Shown here piece after piece: positions 44,061 through 52,972 of a stretch of DNA of 64,000 nucleotides. The DNA is from an archaeon. Its GTDB lineage: Archaea > SpSt-1190 > DYHY01. Made by a program: the position numbers and the translations under genes. The notes under the pieces were generated by a model. That model searched no databases. It was not told the DNA's origin and saw only the letters and a list, made by a program, of their open reading frames with translations. The stretch covers positions 46,363 through 110,362 of the forward strand of contig JBBIPP010000002.1 of NCBI GenBank assembly GCA_037442745.1. The letters run 5' to 3'. How positions within the stretch are numbered: position 1 is the stretch's first letter; each line of letters starts with the position of its first letter.

Positions 44061-44249
44061 TTCAGGAAATTTTACTGAAATTTGGTATAAAAAACTTTTC
44101 TATCATATAAAGCAATACAAAAAGAGAGAAATTGGGAGGGGTTCGCCCGAAATAATCCCCCAAGACCAGCTCACTAGCTAAATTTCAATATCAGAATACT
44201 TGATATTGACAGGTATCGGAACCCCTGACGCGACGAAATCCCAATTCCT

Positions 44250-44602
44250 GAGTATTCCAATCCGCATTTCTCCTCCGACAAGGCCTATTACTCGGAGGAG
44301 AACTTCATCCTCTGCAGGAACCTCGGCATAAGGGCAGCGATTCCGGTCAAGAAGAACGTAAAAACGGGCATGCGCGCGTCTCCTTGCCCTGCAGGGCAAG
44401 CAAACCTTCCGGCGGGAGAAGGTCAAGAGGAATTTCATAGAATCGATCAATTCTGCCGTCAAGAAGAAGTTCGGCGAGAATGTCCGGGCCAGCAGGCCCG
44501 AGATGCAGGAGAAGAGGTCCTTCCCAAGCTCCTTGCTTTCAACTTAGAAAAGGTCAGGATTGCGGATTTTTTGCTAATCTTTGTCAAGGGTTTCAACAGT
44601 CC
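44250..44602 (+). mobile_element. Decayed IS5-family (DDE) transposase C-terminal remnant
   Basis: DKAYYSEENF..CRNLGIRAAIPVKKN, then in a shifted frame KRNFIESINSAVKKKFGENVRA...Q, then back in the first frame EVLPKLLAFNL...GFNSP; probable right end GGTTTCAACAGTCC. Confidence 0.8.
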
Positions 44603-44626
44603 AGTGGCTAGCTGGCGCGATCAGTA

Positions 44627-44734
44627 GAGGTCCGGAGGTGACGAGAGAATAGAGGAGCCTCAAGTGGCCGAGCAACAATACAAAGACAGACGCGAGGTCC
44701 GGAGGTGACGAGAGAATAGAGGAGCCTCAAGTGG
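44627..44734. repeat. 41-bp direct repeat covering the tRNA-Thr 3' end and trailer
   Basis: gaggtccggaggtgacgagagaatagaggagcctcaagtgg at 44627-44667 and 44694-44734, 26-bp spacer. Confidence 0.95.
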
Positions 44735-44794
44735 GATTTGAACCCACGGCCTCGTCCTTACCAAGGACGCGCTCTACCGCTGAGCTATTGAGGC
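44723..44794 (-). tRNA. tRNA-Thr(GGT)
   Basis: GCCTCAA/TTGAGGC acceptor stem, anticodon arm CGTCC-TTGGTAA-GGACG, T-loop TTCAAAT. Confidence 0.97.
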
Positions 44795-44900
44795 GCACGC
44801 CCAGCCACCAAAATTTCCAGTCCTTTTTAATCCTTGCTAGGAGCCCCTGCCAAAGAAAACCGGGAACGCGATTTGCCTGGCAGAGCCAGTATATTTTTGA

Positions 44901-44928
44901 ATATGTCTAAAATTAGATAGATATAAAA
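44901..44928 (+). promoter_or_regulatory. Imperfect palindrome abutting a TATA box: candidate operator of the copper operon
   Basis: ATATGTCTAA-AA-TTAGATAGAT (8/10 arm match), then ATATAAAA about 25 nt before ATG 44952. Confidence 0.55.
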
Positions 44929-44951
44929 ATAAGACCTCTCCCATCATCGGC

Positions 44952-45155
44952 ATGGAAAAGTTCTCCCTGAATGTGAAGGGAATGCACTGCAATTCCTGCG
45001 CAACTCTTGTAACTGACGCACTCTCCGAAATCGGCGCAAAGGAAATCAGCGTAAAAGTCGTCAAGGGAGGGCTCTCAGAAGTAAATTTCTCCGGGGACAG
45101 GCCAGCAAAGGAGTTCTTGAAAGCAATTGAAGCGGAGGGATATGAGGTAAAATGA
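44952..45155 (+). CDS. copZ: Copper chaperone (HMA domain)
   Basis: VKGMHCNSC and C-terminal AIEAEGYEV; 67 aa. Confidence 0.88.
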   Translation: MEKFSLNVKGMHCNSCATLVTDALSEIGAKEISVKVVKGGLSEVNFSGDRPAKEFLKAIEAEGYEVK

Positions 45156-46009
45156 AAAAGGCAGAATTCACTGTAGCTGATCTTGAATGCGTCTCCTGCG
45201 AGAGGGTTGTCGAGCGCGCCCTTCTAAAAGCAGGGGCAACGGGCGCGGAGTTTTCAGGAACAACCGTTTCCGTCACTGCCCCCGACTCTATTGCAGAGGG
45301 AAAATTAATGTCCGCAGTCTCAGGAGCCGGGCACACAATTTCACTGAGAAAGACAGCATCCGGAAAGGCGGAAAAGCGGACCATTATTTATTCGGCAATC
45401 TTGCTTTTCGTGTTCACTCTCATAGAATTCGGAATTTTTCTCGGGCTTTTCGGGGCGGAGTGGCTGGGAAAGAGGGCTCCTTGGCTCTTCATATTGAATG
45501 TCTCGGCAATACTCCCGGTTTCAACCCTTGCCAACCTCTCCGCATACAAGGGGAAAATTTCCTGCATGACCGGAATGATGCTTGGGATGACTGCCGGAAT
45601 GCAAGGTGGGCTTCTTTCAGGATATGTCCTCGGAGTTACCAACGGATTTTTCACCGGAGCGCTTGTTTCGACCGGGTTCGGAATGCTTTTCGGCCACCTT
45701 GCCGGAAAACGAGGGGGTCTAATGGCTTCCCTTCAGGGGCTTATGGCGGGGTTCATGGGAGGAGCAATGGGCGCAATGACATCTGTTATGATGGTTGGCT
45801 GGGGATTTGAGGCATTCACAGCATTTTTCGCAATTGCCAATTCGGCGATTTTCGCCCTGATTTTCCCAATTGTTTCCGAACATGTCGGAGCCGGGGCAAT
45901 TTCTGAAGGAGAAATTCCCGTCGGAAAAATGGCAGTTCAGTTCGCTATTGTGGCAATCTTTCTTGCAACAGTGCTAATCCTTGGCCCAGAGGGGCTTTTG
46001 GGATTTTAA
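45152..46009 (+). CDS. HMA-domain membrane protein with Met/Gly-rich TM helices
   Basis: LECVSC HMA; CMTGMMLGMTAGMQGG and GLMAGFMGGAMGAMTSVMM in TM segments. Confidence 0.8.
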   Translation: MKKAEFTVADLECVSCERVVERALLKAGATGAEFSGTTVSVTAPDSIAEGKLMSAVSGAGHTISLRKTASGKAEKRTIIYSAILLFVFTLIEFGIFLGLFGAEWLGKRAPWLFILNVSAILPVSTLANLSAYKGKISCMTGMMLGMTAGMQGGLLSGYVLGVTNGFFTGALVSTGFGMLFGHLAGKRGGLMASLQGLMAGFMGGAMGAMTSVMMVGWGFEAFTAFFAIANSAIFALIFPIVSEHVGAGAISEGEIPVGKMAVQFAIVAIFLATVLILGPEGLLGF

Positions 46010-46023
46010 GAGCGTTAATTAAA

Positions 46024-46509
46024 ATGGGAAAAGACAAAATCAAAGAGGGCGGACCAAATGGGAATGACAAGGAATTCAGAATACTTATCGGAATTCTCGC
46101 AGTCCTCCTGGTCGCGGTAGTTTTCGTGACAAGTTATTTCTTTTTCGTGACAGGCTTCCCTGCCTTGGACGGGAGCAGGAACGCCTCCTTGACAACTATG
46201 CCAGTTCAGACTGACCTTCCCGTGAAAATCCTTTCGGAAAAACCAGAAGGGCAAGTGCAGAAGGTCGAACTCTCAGCTTCCGGCCTAACATACCTTCCAA
46301 ACCCTGTCGAGCTGAAAGTCGGTGTCCCCGTCGAGCTTTCAGTTTCCCCGAGAGTTTCGTCCTGCATGGCGACAATGGTAGCATCCAACCTCGGAATCCG
46401 GGCATCATCGAGAGGCGGGCCAGTCTATTTCATTCCGGAAAAGGCAGGGGAATATCATTTCACCTGCTGGATGAACATGGGAAGGGGCAAATTCGTATTC
46501 ACAGATTGA
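46024..46509 (+). CDS. Membrane-anchored cupredoxin-like protein (CupA-like)
   Basis: N-terminal TM; Y.PN...LKVGVPV, SC, F.PEKAGEYHFTCWMNM. Confidence 0.8.
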   Translation: MGKDKIKEGGPNGNDKEFRILIGILAVLLVAVVFVTSYFFFVTGFPALDGSRNASLTTMPVQTDLPVKILSEKPEGQVQKVELSASGLTYLPNPVELKVGVPVELSVSPRVSSCMATMVASNLGIRASSRGGPVYFIPEKAGEYHFTCWMNMGRGKFVFTD

Positions 46510-46518
46510 GAATCCACA

Positions 46519-48720
46519 ATGGGGAAAAAAATAGAACTAAAGGTAACCGGGATGCACTGCGCATCCTGCGCAATTGTAATCGGCCGGGCCCTGAAAAAAA
46601 CTCCCGGAGTAATTGATGCGAACGTAAACATTGCAACGAATCGGGCGACAGTGGAGATTTCCAGCGCAACTCTTGACGCCTGCGTAAAGGCAGTCGAATC
46701 CAAGGGATATGGGGCTAGGAGAATAGACCAAAACTGCCCAGAGAGCGATTCCAGCGGGGAACTTTATGAGAAAAAGACAAAGGAACTCCTAGTTTTCTCG
46801 GCAATATTTACAATCCCGGTTTTCATTATAGGGATGTTTCTGATGCAGGAAGCCCCGCTCTTCCTCGGCTGGGAGCTGCCCTATGGAATGGCAATACTCG
46901 CAATTCTTACAACATTCGTCCAGTTCGTCGGGGGAAGCCAGTTCTATTCGGGGGCGCTGAAGGCTGCGCGCCAATTCAACAGCAACATGGACACCCTGGT
47001 TGTCCTAGGGACAAGCGTCGCATATTTCTACAGTTTGGCAGTTTTCCTGTTTTTCCCAGGAAACCCCCAGTATTTCGAGGCAGCGGCAGTCCTGATAACA
47101 TTGATTCTCCTCGGAAAATATCTCGAGGCAAGGGCGAAGAAGAAAACCAGCCGGGCAATCGGGAAGTTAATTGAGCTCTCGCCAGAAACCGCCCGAATCG
47201 AGAAAGAGGGAACCGAAATTGAAGTTTCATTATCGGAAGTGGAGGCTGGGGCAATCTGCATTGTAAAACCCGGAGAAAAGGTTCCGGTCGACGGAACAAT
47301 TGTCAGCGGAAAATCCGCCTTCAACGAGAGCCTTGTGACTGGCGAAAGCATGCCAGTTGACAAGGGCCCGGGAGACGCAGTTCTTGCCGGGACAACCTCA
47401 ATTGCGGGATATGTCAAGTTCAGGGCGGAGCGGGTCGGAGGGGACACGACTCTTGCCAGGATAATCAAGCTTGTAGAGGATGCCCAAGGAAGGAGGGCTC
47501 CAATACAGCGGTTCGCTGACGAAGTGTCCGCCCATTTCGTTCCGGCAGTCCTCGCAATTGCTCTCATAACATTCTTTTCCCAGAAATTCCTTTTCAACGA
47601 GCCGATAGGCTTTGCAGTGAAAGCGACTGTGGCGGTTCTTGTAATTGCCTGCCCCTGCGCGCTCGGCCTTGCAACCCCGACTGCAATAATGGTTGGGACC
47701 GGAAAATCCGCGAAAGCGGGGATTCTTTTCAAGGGAGGGGATTCATTGGAGGCAATAAGCAAGGCGAAATACGTTGTTTTCGACAAGACGGGAACTCTCA
47801 CAAAAGGGGCTCCCGGGGTTACTGACATAATTTCCCTTGAAGGATTTTCGGAAAAGGACATACTGGAGTATTCCCTTGCCGCCGAAAGCGGGTCTGAGCA
47901 CCATCTGGCAACCGCAGTTGTTGACAAGGCGAAAAGCTCAGGAACAACCCTCTCATCCGAACCATCTGACTTTTCAGCAGTCTCGGGAAAAGGCGTCTCT
48001 GCAAAATACAATGGGCGGAAAATTCTTGTCGGAAAACCGGATTTTGCGGCGGACAAGCTTCCCCTCCCCAAGGAAATATCGGAGAAAATCGCCCTCCTGG
48101 AAAGCCAGGCGAAGACAACAGTCCTCGTTTCAGTTGATTCAATTCCGGCGGGGATAATCGCAATTGCAGATGCTGTTCGGGAGACGTCAAAGCCCGCAAT
48201 AGCTGAACTAAAGTCAATGAGGACAACTCCTGTTCTCCTGACCGGGGATAACGAGCGGACTGCGAACGCAATTGCAAATAGCCTCGGAATCGAGCGCGTC
48301 TTCTCAGGCGTCCTTCCTGAGGAGAAGCTCAAGAAAATAAAAGAGCTCCAAAAGGAGGGGATTGTCGCAATGGTCGGGGACGGGATAAACGACGCCCCCG
48401 CCCTTGCGCAGGCGGACATTGGGATTGCAATGGGATCCGGAACCGATGTTGCAGTGGAAGCTGGCGGGGTGATTCTAATGAGAAACGACCCGGAAGATGT
48501 TCCAAGGGCCCTGGAAATCGGTCGAAGCACTCTCCGGAAAATAAAGGAGAACCTGTTCTGGGCGTTCTTCTACAATGTTGTCGGAATTCCTGTCGCGGCT
48601 TTTGGACTGCTGACACCTGAACTGGCCGGGGGAGCGATGGCTCTCTCGTCAGTCAGCGTTGTTCTAAACACAATAAGGCCATCTGCGCGGGAAATTCTCT
48701 TAATGGACGGCAAAAAATGA
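46519..48720 (+). CDS. copA: Cu(I)-translocating P1B-type ATPase
   Basis: GMHCASC, TGES, CPCALGLATP, DKTGT, SEH, GDGINDAP, YN, MALSS. Confidence 0.96.
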   Translation: MGKKIELKVTGMHCASCAIVIGRALKKTPGVIDANVNIATNRATVEISSATLDACVKAVESKGYGARRIDQNCPESDSSGELYEKKTKELLVFSAIFTIPVFIIGMFLMQEAPLFLGWELPYGMAILAILTTFVQFVGGSQFYSGALKAARQFNSNMDTLVVLGTSVAYFYSLAVFLFFPGNPQYFEAAAVLITLILLGKYLEARAKKKTSRAIGKLIELSPETARIEKEGTEIEVSLSEVEAGAICIVKPGEKVPVDGTIVSGKSAFNESLVTGESMPVDKGPGDAVLAGTTSIAGYVKFRAERVGGDTTLARIIKLVEDAQGRRAPIQRFADEVSAHFVPAVLAIALITFFSQKFLFNEPIGFAVKATVAVLVIACPCALGLATPTAIMVGTGKSAKAGILFKGGDSLEAISKAKYVVFDKTGTLTKGAPGVTDIISLEGFSEKDILEYSLAAESGSEHHLATAVVDKAKSSGTTLSSEPSDFSAVSGKGVSAKYNGRKILVGKPDFAADKLPLPKEISEKIALLESQAKTTVLVSVDSIPAGIIAIADAVRETSKPAIAELKSMRTTPVLLTGDNERTANAIANSLGIERVFSGVLPEEKLKKIKELQKEGIVAMVGDGINDAPALAQADIGIAMGSGTDVAVEAGGVILMRNDPEDVPRALEIGRSTLRKIKENLFWAFFYNVVGIPVAAFGLLTPELAGGAMALSSVSVVLNTIRPSAREILLMDGKK

Positions 48721-49496
48721 AAAAACTGTTGGAGTTTCTTTCGGAAAACAGGAAATCCTTGCTTTTGGCTGTCGTTTTTTCAGTTGCAGTGCTTTCTGTT
48801 GGAGGTTATTTCGGCCGGCTCGTTCCCTATATGGCCGACCAAAGACCCGGAATTGTTTTTGATGGAGCGGAAATTAAAGTAAGGTTCCTCGGGAATGTTC
48901 CGAAGCTTTTTGTCATTTCCGAAAGTATGCCCTATCGCGCGAAAGAAGGGAAAGCGCGCCCGGGCGGGCCCGGAGAAATTGTCCTTGGATTCTCCGAAGC
49001 GGAAATTATGCGAGAAGAGAAACTTTTCTCCTCAATTAGGGATGGAATCAGTGGATTCTTCGGCCTTGACATCGAAATTGCCGGGATATTGGAAAGAACC
49101 GGAACAATACTTGATTATGCCCATTTCTTCGGTTCTGCGGAGGATTTCGGGAGGATTTCCCCCGGGAAGTACAAATCCTTCCATACAAAGACTCAGATGG
49201 GGGAAGTCAAATTCTTCCTCCAAGTGCCCGAAGGGGAGGCGCTGCCAGAGATTGCCTCCGCTTCCGAGGGGGAGCTCCTCCACTATTTCTGGAAAGACGG
49301 CCAATACGAACCAATAATAATCGGGAGCGAGGAGGCTGAAATGATGAGGAAGGAAGGGCTTTTCTCGAATGTCGGGGACACAATTGAGGGTTTCTTTGGA
49401 AAAGACGTCCGCATTGTCGCAGTCCTTGAGAGGACGAACTCGAGCCTCGACATTATGCATATTGTCCCGTTCGGAAAAGAGCAAAATTCAAAATAA
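48717..49496 (+). CDS. Membrane-anchored protein with an internal duplicated domain
   Basis: N-terminal TM; two copies of G..EAE.MR.E.LFS...D.I.GFFG.D..I...LERT...LD..H. Confidence 0.75.
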   Translation: MKKLLEFLSENRKSLLLAVVFSVAVLSVGGYFGRLVPYMADQRPGIVFDGAEIKVRFLGNVPKLFVISESMPYRAKEGKARPGGPGEIVLGFSEAEIMREEKLFSSIRDGISGFFGLDIEIAGILERTGTILDYAHFFGSAEDFGRISPGKYKSFHTKTQMGEVKFFLQVPEGEALPEIASASEGELLHYFWKDGQYEPIIIGSEEAEMMRKEGLFSNVGDTIEGFFGKDVRIVAVLERTNSSLDIMHIVPFGKEQNSK

Positions 49497-49530
49497 AGGG
49501 ACGAAAGAAAAAAGGGGAGAATAAAAAGGA

Positions 49531-49947
49531 ATGGAAATACAGAGCATAACGAAACTGAGAATACTTTTGGCAATAAGGGAGGCGCCCCGGTCAGGATACG
49601 ACTTGATGAGGCTCCTTGACACCGGAAAGAAGAGGCCCTCCCCGAGCCAGATATACCCTTTCCTCTCAGTTCTCAGGCGCGAAGGGCTGGTCTTGGCAGG
49701 CAGGGCGGAAGCAAGGGAGAAGACGCGCTATTCCCTCTCTTCAAAGGGCCGAAAGCTCGTCCTCCGCCTATCCGAAAAACTCGGGGCAATTGTCGAATTC
49801 TCCCTGAAAGAGAAGATGAAAACATGCTACCACTGCGGGGCCGAGGTATATTCGGGCGAGTTCAAGATGGGCAAGAACTTTTTCTGCTGTCCGCATTGCG
49901 CGGACGACTACAAGGAGAACGGCGGGGTCTGCGAGCGGTGCAAGTGA
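49531..49947 (+). CDS. PadR-family regulator with C-terminal TRASH-like metal-binding module
   Basis: SGYDLM...SPSQIYPFL..L...GLV...Y.LS.KG; CYHC...FFCCPHC. Confidence 0.85.
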   Translation: MEIQSITKLRILLAIREAPRSGYDLMRLLDTGKKRPSPSQIYPFLSVLRREGLVLAGRAEAREKTRYSLSSKGRKLVLRLSEKLGAIVEFSLKEKMKTCYHCGAEVYSGEFKMGKNFFCCPHCADDYKENGGVCERCK

Positions 49948-49955
49948 GGGAAAGC

Positions 49956-50069
49956 ACCAAAGCCGTGTTGCTTCCAAATTTCCGTTCCTATGCAGTCGCG
50001 GATTTCTCCCTCTTGGGTTCAACCTAGGAATTACCGAAGACGTATTGCTTCCAAATTTCTTGGGGCAAC
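49956..50069. repeat. Degenerate duplicate of the aCPSF1 3' end
   Basis: 49956-49982 vs 50033-50059 match at 24/27 (exact core TTGCTTCCAAATTTC); similarity resumes after about 30 nt (tcttggg..caac). Confidence 0.7.
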
Positions 50070-51932
50070 TGTCTCCGCCCGGAAAGCCTTGTGGATTGAG
50101 CGCATCAAATCCGCGCACTTGGAATTCTCGCCGTGCTGGACAATTACAAGGCCAGGCTTTGTTCTCATGTCCCCGATGTAGTTCATCAACTGGTTTCGGT
50201 CGGCATGGGCAGAGAATCCGTCAACAGTGTGAATTGAGAGCCTGACAGGAATTCCTTCCTTCCTTTTTCCAGGAACGCTTGGGACGGGTATTTCCTTCAA
50301 TCCCCTCTGGAGCTTCTTTCCAAGCGAGCCCTCACCTTGGTAGTTGATAAACATTATCCCGTTCAGCTCGCTGTCGGCCAAGTTCCTAAGATATTCGACC
50401 GAGGGACCGCCAGTAAGCATCCCGCTTGTTGCCATTATTACGCAAGGTGGCCCCGTTAGCACAGCATCCATTTCCTTCTTCCCGGCAACCCTCCTGAAGA
50501 CCTTTGACATCAGGGGATTCTCGTCCCTTGAAGCCATCTGTGTTCTCACCTTTTCTGAAAGGAACTCTGGGTAAGTAGTGTAGATTGCGGTCGCATCCCA
50601 CATCATCCCTTGGAGATAAATTGGCATTTCAGGCAAGTCCCCCTTTCTCACAAGTTCCTCAATTAGGAGCATAATTTCCTGGCTTCTTCCCACTCCAAGA
50701 GAGGGTATCAGGAGCTTTCCTCCGCGCCCGATAACGTCCTTTATTATTTTTACAACTTCTGCCTCTGCCTTTGCAAGAGGGGGCTGGAAATCGGTAGCTC
50801 CCCCATACGTTGATTCAATTATCAACGCCTCGCATCTCGGGAACTGGTTCCAAGCCGGGTCAAGAAGCCGGGTTTTCGCATATTTCATGTCCCCTGTATA
50901 GACAAGGTTGTATAGGCCGTCTCCCACATGGACATGCGTTACTGCGGAGCCTATAATGTGCCCAGCTTCGTAGAAAGTTATCCTGATGTCTGGCGTGATG
51001 TCAGTCACCTCCCCGTAATCGAGGAGTATTGTGTGGAGAATTTCCTCGTGGATTTCGTTCGACGAGAACGGGACCTTCTTCCCCTCGCTTTGCATTATGT
51101 CAATAGAGTCCAACTGGAGGAGCGCCATCAGAGCCCTTGTGGGAGCAGTGCAGTAAATAGGGCCCTTGTAGCCGTATTTGTAGAGCAGCGGGACAAGGCC
51201 CATATGGTCCATATGCGCATGGGAGATCACAACCGCATCGAGCTTCGATATGTCGAAATCGGGGGCCTCGAGATGGGGAAAGGCGTCCTCCCCGTCCGCC
51301 GCAATATTGATTCCGCAATCGAGGAGAACTCTTGATTCCGGGGTCTGGACAAGCATGCAGCTCCTGCCGACCTCCCTGAACCCGCCGAACGAGGAGAGCC
51401 TGACCCATTTTGTCTCCCTTGTCCCGTTGTAAATCCTCTCTCCGACCGCGTTCAGAATTTGGCTCCTTTCCTTCGAGCGCTTGACAAGTATTTTCCGAAT
51501 TGTCGAGACAATGTCGCTTTTCAGGGGAGGGGTTCTCAGGACCTCGGGCGTCCAGAAAGTCTCCTCCTTTATTCTAAGGAGACCCTCTCCGTTCTTCCCA
51601 ATAACCGCCGAAGGCTTGTCCGCCTCAATTATCACTTTCGAGCCACCGGAATCAAAATCAATTGAGCTTATTTCCGACAATTCCCCGACAATTTTCTTTA
51701 TTCTCTTTTCCGCTTCAGCCGGAGGGAGGACTAGGGAAGAGGAACCCCTGACCTCAATACGCTTCTTGACCTCTTTTGCGATTTTTTTTATCAGGTCAAG
51801 GGAGCCTGTCACGAACTTGGGGTTGGACGAGAAAATCACGACATTCGCGCCCTCGAACCTTTGGTCAGTTATTTTCGCGTCCTTTGGTAGGCTGCTTTTC
51901 AGTTTTTCAAACAGTTCGTCCTTTGTTATCAT
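50031..51932 (-). CDS. fttA: Beta-CASP ribonuclease aCPSF1 / transcription termination factor
   Basis: N-terminal KH domains, GGFREVGRS, SHAHMDH, AGHIIGS, ESTYG, GFSAHAD, HGE. Confidence 0.96.
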   Translation of the reverse strand: MITKDELFEKLKSSLPKDAKITDQRFEGANVVIFSSNPKFVTGSLDLIKKIAKEVKKRIEVRGSSSLVLPPAEAEKRIKKIVGELSEISSIDFDSGGSKVIIEADKPSAVIGKNGEGLLRIKEETFWTPEVLRTPPLKSDIVSTIRKILVKRSKERSQILNAVGERIYNGTRETKWVRLSSFGGFREVGRSCMLVQTPESRVLLDCGINIAADGEDAFPHLEAPDFDISKLDAVVISHAHMDHMGLVPLLYKYGYKGPIYCTAPTRALMALLQLDSIDIMQSEGKKVPFSSNEIHEEILHTILLDYGEVTDITPDIRITFYEAGHIIGSAVTHVHVGDGLYNLVYTGDMKYAKTRLLDPAWNQFPRCEALIIESTYGGATDFQPPLAKAEAEVVKIIKDVIGRGGKLLIPSLGVGRSQEIMLLIEELVRKGDLPEMPIYLQGMMWDATAIYTTYPEFLSEKVRTQMASRDENPLMSKVFRRVAGKKEMDAVLTGPPCVIMATSGMLTGGPSVEYLRNLADSELNGIMFINYQGEGSLGKKLQRGLKEIPVPSVPGKRKEGIPVRLSIHTVDGFSAHADRNQLMNYIGDMRTKPGLVIVQHGENSKCADLMRSIHKAFRAETVAPRNLEAIRLR

Positions 51933-52027
51933 TCATTCCACGCACGCATTTTTTTCAATCCCAAAAGGAAAAAGAGGTTTTAGATTGGCCCCCTATTCCA
52001 AAAGCCTGAAACCAAAAGCCGATTTTT

Positions 52028-52681
52028 CTAGTTATTTTCAATCAGCCTTTTTACTTCGTCCTGCGGATATTCCTTCAGGCCGTCCTTTGTTATTGAGATT
52101 ATGTCGAAGCTTGCTCCGCCGGTGTACATGTCCCTCTCCCGGGCGGCTTTGAGCGCCTTGACTGCAACATTGACAGCCTCAGAGACAGTCATCCCTTCCT
52201 TGTAGAGGGAATCAAGGATTCCCAGTGCAATCGGGCCCCCGGAACCGGTTGAGAAAACCTTCTCGCCAGTGACCATTCCGCCTATCGGGTCAATTGAGTA
52301 GAGCGCCGGAGATTCGTCATATCCTGCGACAAGAATCATCACGAGGTAGGGATAGAACTTGCTTCCCTGAAGAATGTTTGAGAGGAGCGTTCCCAATGAT
52401 TTAGTTGTCATTTCCCCTCCCCTTGTCTCCTGAAGGGAGGCCTCCGCCCGAAGAACCCTTGTAAGGTATTGGAGGTCTCCGACGGAACCGGCAGTCGTTA
52501 TTGCTGTCTTGCTGTTTATTGCGAACACTTTTGTCTCATAGCGGTTCTCAATATATCCCGCAGTCGCCTTTTTGTCAGCGGCAAGAATTACCCCGTCAGA
52601 GCAGACGAGGCCGACAGTTGTTGTCCCTTTCCTGACATTCTTCATTGCCGCTTCGATTATTTCCGCTGAATTCGTTGTCAT
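52028..52681 (-). CDS. psmB: Proteasome beta subunit
   Basis: Propeptide then KG/TTTVG, AGSVGD, TGSG, RD..TGG. ATG at 52681 preceded by GGAAGGT. Confidence 0.96.
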   Translation of the reverse strand: MTTNSAEIIEAAMKNVRKGTTTVGLVCSDGVILAADKKATAGYIENRYETKVFAINSKTAITTAGSVGDLQYLTRVLRAEASLQETRGGEMTTKSLGTLLSNILQGSKFYPYLVMILVAGYDESPALYSIDPIGGMVTGEKVFSTGSGGPIALGILDSLYKEGMTVSEAVNVAVKALKAARERDMYTGGASFDIISITKDGLKEYPQDEVKRLIENN

Positions 52682-52972
52682 TTTGTTTACCTTCCTTTCA
52701 CCAGTTTTTAAGGGTTTTTGGGCAGTCAAAAAACAATGCAACTGGCAGTGCGAGGTTTTTAAATGTTTTCAACTGGGCTATAGCAAGGGTTTTCCAAATT
52801 TTTCCGTAGAGAAAAAGCCAAAAGAGCAGACCACAACAAATAGCAGAAACCCCCGAACTGCCCTGAATGTTCAATCAGACTGCCACACTTTTCCGATTGG
52901 AATGAAAACATCTTCCCAGCCTAACCCTATTACGGGAAAAGTTAAAAACAGCCTTCCGAGGAAATTGCTGAG

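Noticed and set aside
43978-44181. 67-aa plus-strand ORF
   Set aside because: TTG start, lies antisense to the better-supported microprotein and runs through its promoter.
44178-44627. ORFs 44178..44462 (-) and 44370..44627 (+) as real genes
   Set aside because: Better explained as the antisense and partially out-of-frame readings of the decayed transposase.
44627-44734. CRISPR mini-array interpretation of the 41-bp repeat
   Set aside because: Only two units, the repeat overlaps a tRNA end, it has no CRISPR-like terminal motif, and there are no cas genes in the window.
47028-48530. 500-aa antisense ORF
   Set aside because: Entirely opposite copA; typical shadow frame with no motifs.
52759-52911. 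50-codon minus-strand ORF between psmB and proS
   Set aside because: No recognisable motif, and the nearby TATA-like element is equally explained as the proS promoter; cannot be supported.
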